A DNA stretch of 64,000 nt. It comes from Candidatus Hydrogenedentota bacterium (GTDB lineage: Bacteria; Hydrogenedentota; Hydrogenedentia; Hydrogenedentales; CAITNO01). Below the pieces are notes generated by a model. It was given only the letters and a program-made list of their open reading frames with translations. It had not been told where the DNA came from and searched no databases. The DNA is taken from the NCBI GenBank assembly GCA_018056705.1, contig JAGPFE010000007.1, positions 11,220-75,219 of the forward strand, given 5' to 3'. Both the position numbers and the translations under genes were made by a program. This document shows positions 56,789 through 64,000 of the stretch, piece by piece. Position 1 is the first letter of the stretch, and each line of letters starts with the position of its first letter.

Positions 56789-58389
56789 AACGCCTGGTCG
56801 CGCGCGTGTTATTCGGCCTGTTCGTGTTGATGCTCTGGTCGGGGGTCCTGGTACTGGGTTTGGTAGCCTGGGGACGCTGGGAATTTGAATCTTCCCTCGT
56901 GAACAACCGGTTTATCCAGGCCCGGTACGGCTCGGCAGACTGGCCACTGACCCGGGAAACCACCCTGGATCCCGTTACGCTGGATGTCGCGGAACGGGAA
57001 GCCTGGATCGGGCCAGGCAAGTCGACGAAGCCTATTCCCCTTTCCGTGGAGCAGGAACGACAACGCTGGATCGAGCGGGCGCGGTATTTTCCTGAGCTCC
57101 CGGTTCCCCTCCGGTTTACCTTCGCGCGCATGTACAAGGTGGATATCTACGGCGTTAATGACCAGGGGGAAGTGGTCGCGCGGTATCCCGAGGAACTGCC
57201 CCAGCCTGCCATGCCCATGATCGACGTGGTTCCCGGGCCTGTGGTGCCGCTGCTGGCCTCACTGGCCGGTGGCACGGACGAATCCGCGGAATGGATTGCC
57301 GATCCCGCGGGAACCGGAACTCCCCCATGGGTCATACGGCTCCGGGGAACCTTTGTTCACCAGGATGGGGAACCTCCAGGCCCATCGGACGCGACCAGGC
57401 TGCTGCTTTTCGTGCCCCGGTCAGGGGAATACCGGGAACACGCGCTCTGGGATAGCGAGTATTTCGCGATGCATCCCTATTACCTGGAAGATGATCCGCC
57501 GCCGGGGCCAGGGCAGCCACGGGGAGCGTTCATCTCCATCAACAACGTGGGACTGCGGGATTATGACGTGATCTTGCCGAAGCCCCCCGGGATTTGTCGC
57601 GTGCTGTGCGTGGGCGCGTCCACCACGTACGAGGGCATGCACAACCTGCTGACCTATCCCGGGTTCGTGGAATACCTGTTGAACAGGCGGGCCGGAACCC
57701 GTCGCGTGGATGTAATCAACGGTGGGGTTTCCGGCATGAATAGCGCCAAGCACCGGGTTAAACTGGCTGATTACCTGTTTCTCGAGCCGGATATCGTGGT
57801 GTTTTACCTTGGCGCGAACGATGTCATGCATGTTATCTACCCGCCCATGAAAATCTGGCTGGATGGTCCACGGCAGTTGCTGAGTCTCCGGCCGGTGAAG
57901 CGAATGCTATGGCGGGTAATGCTTCCCGATGAGACGGAGATCGACCGTCGCGTGGCACGCGTCCAGGAGGATCTGAGGGCGGTAGCGGAGAAGTTTATCG
58001 CGCGCGGCATTCGAGTGATGTTCTGCACCTTTGCCGCTCCCGACCCTGCCCGCCTGACAGGCGAGGAACGGGCCTACCTGGAATACTGTATCGAGCGGGA
58101 ATGGGGTGGGGACCAATGTTCCTACGCGACCTATTACTATCTGCTATCCCGCTACAATCTTGGCCTGCGCCGCATGGCCCGGGAACTGGACGCGCCCTGT
58201 ATACCCGTCGCGGAGGCAATCGGCGAAGGGCTCGTTCTATTCGGGGATATCTGTCACATGAGGAATCCCGGTATCGAACGGAAGGCGAAAGTCATCGCGG
58301 AGGCCCTGGAACCCCTGATCGAGGCGTGCCCGAAGGAACAGGACCTTTCCGGTAGCGAAACACCCAGAACCGGCTCGCAAGGTAATTGA
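56785..58389 (+). CDS. Membrane-anchored SGNH/GDSL-like hydrolase or acyltransferase, paralog 3
   Basis: MKRLVARVLFGLFVLMLWSGVLVLGLVAW anchor. Blocks LCVGASTTYEG, INGGVSGMNS, FYLGANDV and FGDICHMR. ATGA overlap with the GT-C gene. Confidence 0.7.
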   Translation: MKRLVARVLFGLFVLMLWSGVLVLGLVAWGRWEFESSLVNNRFIQARYGSADWPLTRETTLDPVTLDVAEREAWIGPGKSTKPIPLSVEQERQRWIERARYFPELPVPLRFTFARMYKVDIYGVNDQGEVVARYPEELPQPAMPMIDVVPGPVVPLLASLAGGTDESAEWIADPAGTGTPPWVIRLRGTFVHQDGEPPGPSDATRLLLFVPRSGEYREHALWDSEYFAMHPYYLEDDPPPGPGQPRGAFISINNVGLRDYDVILPKPPGICRVLCVGASTTYEGMHNLLTYPGFVEYLLNRRAGTRRVDVINGGVSGMNSAKHRVKLADYLFLEPDIVVFYLGANDVMHVIYPPMKIWLDGPRQLLSLRPVKRMLWRVMLPDETEIDRRVARVQEDLRAVAEKFIARGIRVMFCTFAAPDPARLTGEERAYLEYCIEREWGGDQCSYATYYYLLSRYNLGLRRMARELDAPCIPVAEAIGEGLVLFGDICHMRNPGIERKAKVIAEALEPLIEACPKEQDLSGSETPRTGSQGN

Positions 58390-59482
58390 AGACGAGTCCC
58401 GCCAGGATACCGAGCACGGAAGCCACCTGGGGAAAACGCGCCGCGAATGGCCATGCCGCGATCACGCTCAGCGTTACCCCGTAGTTCACAACCGCTCCCA
58501 CCGAACACGCGGCGATGAACGCGGCCAGTTGCCGGGGAATGGCCCCCTTCGGACCCTCGGTGAAGGTAATCCACCGGTTGAGGAAATAATTGAACACCAT
58601 CGCCGTGAGAATGGCCAGGGCAACGGACAGGCGGATCGGTAACCCCGCCCAGTCCAGCAGGGTCAGCACGGCGAGGTTTACGCCCGTACCCAGGAATCCC
58701 ACCAGGCCGAAGTGGAGAAAATGGGCCAGGTGATCGTACTTGAACATGGCCAGTCGCCGAAGGTGCAGCAGGTATCGCCACTGCTCGCGGAATGACAGTT
58801 TACTCTGCCCCTTGTGGCGCTGATCGAAAAAGATGGGCACCTCGACCACGCGCTCGCACCGGCATTTGACAAGCACCTCCAGCCCGATCTTGTAGCCAAT
58901 GGGGTTGAGAGGCGCTCCCGTTTCGAGGATCCGGCGGGGGAACGCGAAAAAGCCGCTCATCGGATCGGATACCGAGGTAAAAGGCCTCGCGAGAAGGGTG
59001 GCGACGCGACTGTTGAGCCACCGGAACCAGCCCCAGTTCTCCGCCGTGCCTGCCCCGGGGACATAGCGCGACCCGATGGCGAAATCAGCGCCCGCGAGAA
59101 TCGCGGCGACCAGGTCTGGCAGGGACTCCGGGGGATGACTCAGGTCGGCGTCCATGACGGCGATGATCTCTCCTCCTGCCAGGCGGAATCCATCAACCAC
59201 CGCGGGGCTCAACCCCCGGTTTTCTTTGCGGGTAACCAGTCGTACCCAGGGCAGGGCAAGCCCGGCCACCACCTCCGGCGTGCCGTCACCGCTGTCGTCA
59301 TCCATGACGAGGGCGTCCATGGCCGGCAGGGATCGTTCCCGGACGGCGGCCAGACGGCGGAACAGTTCCGGCAGGTTTTCCGCTTCCTGGTAGGTAGGGA
59401 TGATCACCGTTACCCGAACGGGCGTGGGGAGGATGTCAGGTGTTTTCTGGGACAAAACCTCTTCCTGTCGCGCGCGACCCAT
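58292..59482 (-). CDS. GT2 polyprenyl-phosphate glycosyltransferase (DPM1/Ppm1-like) fused to a C-terminal GtrA-like 4-TM domain
   Basis: VTVIIPTYQEAENL, VMDDDSGDGT, AVMDADLSHPPE. C-terminal LHFGLVGFLGTGVNLAV...NYLASRFWVFR. Confidence 0.85.
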   Translation of the reverse strand: MGRARQEEVLSQKTPDILPTPVRVTVIIPTYQEAENLPELFRRLAAVRERSLPAMDALVMDDDSGDGTPEVVAGLALPWVRLVTRKENRGLSPAVVDGFRLAGGEIIAVMDADLSHPPESLPDLVAAILAGADFAIGSRYVPGAGTAENWGWFRWLNSRVATLLARPFTSVSDPMSGFFAFPRRILETGAPLNPIGYKIGLEVLVKCRCERVVEVPIFFDQRHKGQSKLSFREQWRYLLHLRRLAMFKYDHLAHFLHFGLVGFLGTGVNLAVLTLLDWAGLPIRLSVALAILTAMVFNYFLNRWITFTEGPKGAIPRQLAAFIAACSVGAVVNYGVTLSVIAAWPFAARFPQVASVLGILAGLVFNYLASRFWVFRYRKGPVPSGTPRSGVPGPPR

Positions 59483-59532
59483 GATTACATGATACTCGAA
59501 ACCCTCTGAACGGGTACGCCGTGGTCACGCGA

Positions 59533-60789
59533 TCATGATGGGGGCTCGGCGGGAGGATACACGGGCGTTTCGTCAGGGGCGGGCAATTCCACGTTGGTTG
59601 CCGTGATCAGTTCATCCAGGATCCGCGCGGTTTCGATGGCATCCCGTCGGGATAACTCCTGTAACAGGCGTAGCACTACTCGCTGAACCCTTGACGGCAC
59701 TTCCGCGAACTCGTCAAACATGCGGTACAGGTGGGTGGCATAGATGTCAAATACCTTGCGTTCCTGTAATTCCCGCTGGTTCTGAGGCTCGCCGGCGTAG
59801 GGATACAGGCCCCCGCGTTTCCACGTTTCCAGGGTGGCCTGGGCGTCTTCGGCCTCTCGCAGGCTGAAGTGCCGTCTTAGAATATTCCGGCATTCCTGGA
59901 GGATGGACCGCGTGTCGGGATGCAGTTCACCCACGGTTAGCACGCCTTCCGCGTCCAGTTTCTCCACGTGCGCGGATTTCAGGTAGGCGGTATAACTGAA
60001 CCCACGGAAAGTGAGGCGCTGCATGAAAGTTTCCCGGGCAAAGCCCGCGGTGTCGCAGAAAACCACGCCTCGCCGTCCGGGACGGTACCACTCCACGACG
60101 TCAAGGGTACCCGTTACCCGCTCCCCACTTTCCATGACCAGTTCTTCCAGGGGATAGGATTCCACGCGGGCCTGGGCACTGGCCGGATCCAGGGGCACGC
60201 CATCATAGACGATTCGAATATCCGGGTACTGGCAGAGGTAGAGGGCAAATTGCTCGGTCGCGTCCTCCTGGGCTTTCACGCCCCGGAGTTGCTCGGCGGG
60301 AGGCTGGACACGTTCGATGATCACGTCCATGCCGGGCGTGCCCTCTGACAGGGGCTTTGGATCGGAGAGGTGAAATTCTCCAGGATGGTCGGCGGAACCT
60401 TCAATGGTGAAACCCAGCAGTTGACCATTCCTTTCGAACCGGGATAGCCATGTGACATGACCCCCTATGGAAAAAGCCCGGAACCGGCCTTTGCCAAACT
60501 TGCCGTGCATGAGCCGTTGACGGGCCGCGCTGCGACGGGACATCCGTTTCCAGGAACCGCCGAGGTTACCGAACGCGGCCACCGCCTCCTCGTGGGACAG
60601 GCCATGGCCGTTGTCCCGCACTTCCACCCGTTCGATGCCACCAAGGGTGTTTTCGGTGAAAATGACCGTGACCCGGGTGGCCTCCGCGTCCAGCGCGTTC
60701 CAGACCAGTTCCGCCAGGGCGGGCATGGGCCGGGTTCGGGCCAGCGTTTCCAGGTGATCATCCCGCACTTCCACCCGGATGGTTTTCAT
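59533..60789 (-). CDS. GHKL-superfamily ATPase (HATPase_c_3-like N-terminus) with an uncharacterised C-terminal region of about 270 aa
   Basis: LAELVWNALDAEATRVTV...IERVEVRDNGHGLSHEEAVAAFGNLGGSWK (N-box and G1-box pattern). ATG at 60789 preceded by GGAGG; the track GTG at 60807 overlaps that RBS. Confidence 0.75.
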   Translation of the reverse strand: MKTIRVEVRDDHLETLARTRPMPALAELVWNALDAEATRVTVIFTENTLGGIERVEVRDNGHGLSHEEAVAAFGNLGGSWKRMSRRSAARQRLMHGKFGKGRFRAFSIGGHVTWLSRFERNGQLLGFTIEGSADHPGEFHLSDPKPLSEGTPGMDVIIERVQPPAEQLRGVKAQEDATEQFALYLCQYPDIRIVYDGVPLDPASAQARVESYPLEELVMESGERVTGTLDVVEWYRPGRRGVVFCDTAGFARETFMQRLTFRGFSYTAYLKSAHVEKLDAEGVLTVGELHPDTRSILQECRNILRRHFSLREAEDAQATLETWKRGGLYPYAGEPQNQRELQERKVFDIYATHLYRMFDEFAEVPSRVQRVVLRLLQELSRRDAIETARILDELITATNVELPAPDETPVYPPAEPPS

Positions 60790-61063
60790 GAGACGCGCTG
60801 CCTCCACTTGTATCGAGTTGTTTTTACATTTTTGTCAATAATATACGCCGTGCCGCCCATGGAAATACAACCATAACCAGAGCCCCGGCACGTTTTTTTG
60901 TGAAAGAATAATACTGTCCACCGTGTTCGCCCAGGTAAAGTATCAAAAAAGGAACATGGCCGACATGCGCGTAATCGGCAGGCAAGCAAGGCAGGATATC
61001 CCATGAATATCGTTCTGCTGAACTCGTGTTGTATCTCGCCTTCCCCGGATCCCTTTCAGCGGT

Positions 61064-61152
61064 TGACGCCCCATCTGCGGGTGGGGGTCGCCCGTACCCG
61101 GGCGAGTCCAGCGTCTCCCAGCCGTGACGCCCCATCTGCGGGTGGGGGTCGC
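61064..61152 (+). repeat. Two identical 28-bp direct repeats separated by 33 bp, inside the 5' end of a radical SAM gene
   Basis: TGACGCCCCATCTGCGGGTGGGGGTCGC at 61064-61091 and again at 61125-61152, checked base by base. Offset is 61 nt, which is not a multiple of 3. Confidence 0.9.
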
Positions 61153-62443
61153 GGTGATCGCCGCGTGCCTGCGCGACGCGGGGCACACGGTCCACGTGTT
61201 GGATCCCCACGTCGATGATTCCTCCGTGGACCAGTTCGTGAACAAAATAACCCGGCTTAAACCAGACGTGGTCGGGTTATCCGCGTTCACGGAAGAAATC
61301 CGTGATGCCGCCATGATAGCGGAGAAAATCAAAGCCGCTAGCCCGGAAACACGCCTGGTAATAGGCGGATATCACGCGTCCGCGGTGCCTGGAGAGACGC
61401 TGGAACAATTCCCGGTTTTTGATCTGGTGGTCGCGGGAGAGGGAGAACAGGCCATGCTGGAAATCGCGTCCGGGGCGCCTTGGGACAGCATTCCGGGTGT
61501 GGCCTGGCGTGATGCCGATGGAAACACGATACATGTTAATCCACCCCGGGAATCCTTTCCCCCCTTTGAGGAACTTCCCCCGCCCGCCTGGGACCTGTAT
61601 GACTTGAGCCGCTACGATTACACGATTCCGGTGGAACCATCCCGGACCTGTCCGTTTCGTTGCGTATTCTGTTACCAGGCGACATTTGAGAAAACCCGGT
61701 ATAAGGCCCCGGAAAAAATCGTGGATGAAGTGGAAGAAGCGGTTCGACGATATGGGGCCCGTCGTATTTCTTTCGGAAGCGCGGGAGCTTTTCCCCTGAA
61801 TCGGAATCATGGCCTGGCGGTCTGCAAGGACCTGATCGCCCGGAAAATAGGCGTGCCGTGGTATACCACAACCCGGGCGGATGTGCTGGACCGGGAATTG
61901 CTGGAGGCCATGCGGGACTCGGGATGCCGTTATGTCAGCCTGGGAATTGAAACGGGTGACCAGGAAATTCTGTCCCGGTGTAACAAGGGCTTGCTACTCG
62001 ATAAGGCCGAAGAAACCATCCGGCTCATTCACGACGTGGGCATCGAAAGTGAGTTGTGTTTTATCCTCGGACTACCGGGAGAAACGCCCGAGTCGCTGGC
62101 CAGGACACGCGCGTTTGCCGCGCGGATGCGGCCGTACGCGACACTGGCCAGTTTCGCGATTCTGACCCCGTATCCGGGAACGGAGATTTTCCGGATGGCC
62201 TCGTGCGGCATGGAGGGGTTAAGGTTAAACACCCGAGACTGGAACCAGTACACGAAGCACAGTGGCGCGGCGTTGCGGCATGGCGCGTTTTCCGACCGGC
62301 AACTGAAACGCTGGCAGGCGCGCATGTACTTGGCGTTTTACCTGGGTTCGCCCGCCAAAATACTGCAACTGCTTCGGTCGGAAAACGCCCGGGAACTCGT
62401 AAGTACCCGACGGCTACTATCGTTGATCAGAAGGATGTTCTGA
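61124..62443 (+). CDS. B12-binding-domain (class B) radical SAM protein, fourth paralog. The N-terminal strand appears displaced into ORF 61003..61218 by a 61-nt insertion.
   Basis: GVAVIAACLRDAGHTVHVLD...VVGLSAF...IGGYHAS; SRTCPFRCVFC. The GTG start at 61124 lies inside repeat copy 2. ORF 61003 begins MNIVLLNSCCISPSPDPFQRLTPHLRVGVA, a typical first strand for this family. Confidence 0.8.
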   Translation: MTPHLRVGVAVIAACLRDAGHTVHVLDPHVDDSSVDQFVNKITRLKPDVVGLSAFTEEIRDAAMIAEKIKAASPETRLVIGGYHASAVPGETLEQFPVFDLVVAGEGEQAMLEIASGAPWDSIPGVAWRDADGNTIHVNPPRESFPPFEELPPPAWDLYDLSRYDYTIPVEPSRTCPFRCVFCYQATFEKTRYKAPEKIVDEVEEAVRRYGARRISFGSAGAFPLNRNHGLAVCKDLIARKIGVPWYTTTRADVLDRELLEAMRDSGCRYVSLGIETGDQEILSRCNKGLLLDKAEETIRLIHDVGIESELCFILGLPGETPESLARTRAFAARMRPYATLASFAILTPYPGTEIFRMASCGMEGLRLNTRDWNQYTKHSGAALRHGAFSDRQLKRWQARMYLAFYLGSPAKILQLLRSENARELVSTRRLLSLIRRMF

Positions 62444-62535
62444 CGCGTGGATGGCGCCCATGGAAGTGATTTCACGGTCGTTATTGGGAGAATGGCGTGT
62501 CTTGTCGCATAATGACCTGGATTGGAGGTTATGCC

Positions 62536-63807
62536 ATGTCAGAGCAGCGTTTCCCAAGTCACGGCAACGATACCACGCGGCGCGAATTCATGCGGGCCCT
62601 GACGGTGCTTGGTGGAAGTGGTCTGCTGGCCGGTTGCGCGACAACCGTCCGCCGAAATACCCCGGTGGTCGCGGCGGAACCCAGGCCTGCCGACCGGCCG
62701 GACATCCAGGGCTTTGAAAACACCCTCAACAACGTGGATCCTTCAAAACCCTGGGAACCGGTATCGGACCGGAAGATCCGGGTGGGTATCGCCGGATACG
62801 GGGTATGCAAGTTTGGGGCGGCCTTCGGTTTCCAGGATCATCCCAATGTCACGGTCACGGCCGTGACGGACCTGATTCCCGAACGATGCCAGGAACTGGC
62901 CCAGCGCTGCCGTTGCGAACGTACCTATCCTTCCCTGGAGGAGATGGTCAAGGACCCTGAGATTGAGGCGATCTTTCTGGCCACCGACGCGCCCAGCCAT
63001 TGTAATCACGCCATTTTGTGCCTGAAACATGGCAAGCACGTGGCATCCGCCGTGCCCGCCGTATTTGGATCGCTGGAAGACGCTGACCGGTTGTACCAGG
63101 AAGTCAGGCAGTCGGGCTTGACCTACATGATGTTCGAAACAAGCGCGTATACCAACGAGTGTTACGCCATGCGGCAGTTGTATCGGGCGGGAGCCCTGGG
63201 CACGCTGGTGTATGCCGAAGGGGAGTACTACCATTTCATGGAGGAACCCATTGACTCCTTCAGGGGATGGCGGGTCGGTCTGCCTCCGCAGCATTATCCA
63301 ACCCATTCCACCGCCTTTCACGTGGCGGTGTGCGGCGGAGCCTTTACCGAGGTGAGTTGTTACGGTTTCCGGAGCAAGACGTACTGGTTACAGCCGGAAA
63401 ACAACCCATATAAAAATCCTTTTGGCACGGAAATCGCGCTTTTGCGGACCACTGATGGTGGCATGGCCCGGATGGCGGTCAGTTGGGATACCCCTGGACA
63501 TGGGGGGGAAATCGGGCGGGTCAGGGGTACCCGCGGAAGCGTGTACGGCATGACCTACCACGGGCTGGACAATGTGCAGCAGGTACAGCTTCAGAAACCC
63601 GCGCTGCCGCCCGGGGTGGAAGCCGGGGGACACGGAGGCTCGCATGGATACCTCTGTGAAGAGTTCGTGAATGCCCTGCTGACTGGACGTCGCCCCCTGG
63701 TGGACATTGCCGCCGCCCTGAACATGACGGTTCCGGGGATTGTGGCGCACCAGTCGGCCCTGCGGGACGGCGAACCCCTGAAGATCCCCGTGTACCAGCC
63801 GGTGTGA
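62536..63807 (+). CDS. Gfo/Idh/MocA-family oxidoreductase with a twin-arginine signal and lipobox-like Cys
   Basis: MSEQRFPSHGNDTTRREFMRALTVLGGSGLLAGCA, IRVGIAGYGVCKFG Rossmann motif. GGAGG upstream of the ATG at 62536. Confidence 0.85.
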   Translation: MSEQRFPSHGNDTTRREFMRALTVLGGSGLLAGCATTVRRNTPVVAAEPRPADRPDIQGFENTLNNVDPSKPWEPVSDRKIRVGIAGYGVCKFGAAFGFQDHPNVTVTAVTDLIPERCQELAQRCRCERTYPSLEEMVKDPEIEAIFLATDAPSHCNHAILCLKHGKHVASAVPAVFGSLEDADRLYQEVRQSGLTYMMFETSAYTNECYAMRQLYRAGALGTLVYAEGEYYHFMEEPIDSFRGWRVGLPPQHYPTHSTAFHVAVCGGAFTEVSCYGFRSKTYWLQPENNPYKNPFGTEIALLRTTDGGMARMAVSWDTPGHGGEIGRVRGTRGSVYGMTYHGLDNVQQVQLQKPALPPGVEAGGHGGSHGYLCEEFVNALLTGRRPLVDIAAALNMTVPGIVAHQSALRDGEPLKIPVYQPV

Positions 63808-64000
63808 TCAGTTGCCGTCGTTTTCCGGCCCGCGCGGCCTGTCCGGGGCGTGAGGGGGATCCGTGACGGACTTGTTGGCATCAGCCAGCGCGCGAACCTG
63901 CCGCCGGAATTCGGGATCACCAAAGGTTTCAAGAAAAATGCGGCGTTCCTCGAGTTTGCGCAGCAAGGACGTGTACCGCAGGTCCAGCGCGACCGTGTAC
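63808..64000 (-). CDS. C-terminal fragment of an unidentified protein; the gene continues beyond the window
   Basis: Own translation in the frame ending at TGA 63808-63810: ...YTVALDLRYTSLLRKLEERRIFLETFGDPEFRRQVRALADANKSVTDPPHAPDRPRGPENDGN. Open to the window edge. Confidence 0.4.
   Translation of the reverse strand, partial: YTVALDLRYTSLLRKLEERRIFLETFGDPEFRRQVRALADANKSVTDPPHAPDRPRGPENDGN

Noticed and set aside
60808-61002. Cobalamin riboswitch or terminator upstream of the fourth B12-radical SAM gene. The hairpin is CGTGCCG...CGGCACG followed by T7 at about 60849-60898.
   Set aside because: There is no B12-box-like sequence and the region is too short and AT-rich for the cobalamin element. 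The hairpin has a loop of about 29 nt and no upstream plus-strand gene to terminate, so its role is unclear.
61064-61152. 28-bp repeat, 33-bp spacer, 28-bp repeat: dimensions that resemble a minimal CRISPR unit.
   Set aside because: There are only two copies, and no cas genes or leader. The repeat lies inside a coding region and encodes the same peptide (TPHLRVGV) in both copies. It is better explained as an insertion or duplication in the gene.

Overview
Visibly GC-rich bacterial chromosomal segment. I saw no rRNA, tRNA, CRISPR array, transposase or integrase. It holds about 55 protein genes, mostly housekeeping. These are clpB and a PfkB adenosine kinase with ahcY. A long minus-strand envelope and division string follows (bactofilin, YugP-like peptidase, tsaD, YibQ-like deacetylase, murI, GerMN protein, amidase). 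Then come flgK with a YvyF-like zinc-ribbon gene, an mcsA/mcsB-like pair, a PPi-type phosphofructokinase, zapA-pheT-pheS, yggS, folE-folK-folB-SDR-htrA and cysS. The accessory-looking parts are: (i) an operon of three overlapping B12-binding radical SAM genes (4284-8748) with no substrate gene, sitting divergently from the SAH/adenosine salvage genes; (ii) a HydABC-type [FeFe]-hydrogenase operon led by a 2Fe-2S protein, a HydS-like sensory hydrogenase with a PAS domain and a SpoIIE/PP2C phosphatase (40399-48165), with a 28-bp palindrome in front; (iii) a glycan locus of DprE1/DprE2/UbiA-type arabinofuranose-donor genes, a GT-C/TPR fusion, three SGNH-hydrolase paralogs and a GT2-GtrA fusion (48789-59482); (iv) a secreted tandem-repeat protein (31185-32219); (v) an orphan GHKL ATPase (59533-60789); (vi) a fourth B12 radical SAM gene whose 5' end is split by a 61-nt insertion bounded by 28-bp direct repeats. 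My best candidates for an undescribed system are (i) and (iii), followed by the sensory module in (ii). All functional calls come from motif recognition in translated ORFs and from synteny. No database search was run. The many long antisense ORFs in the track are treated as GC-rich artefacts.
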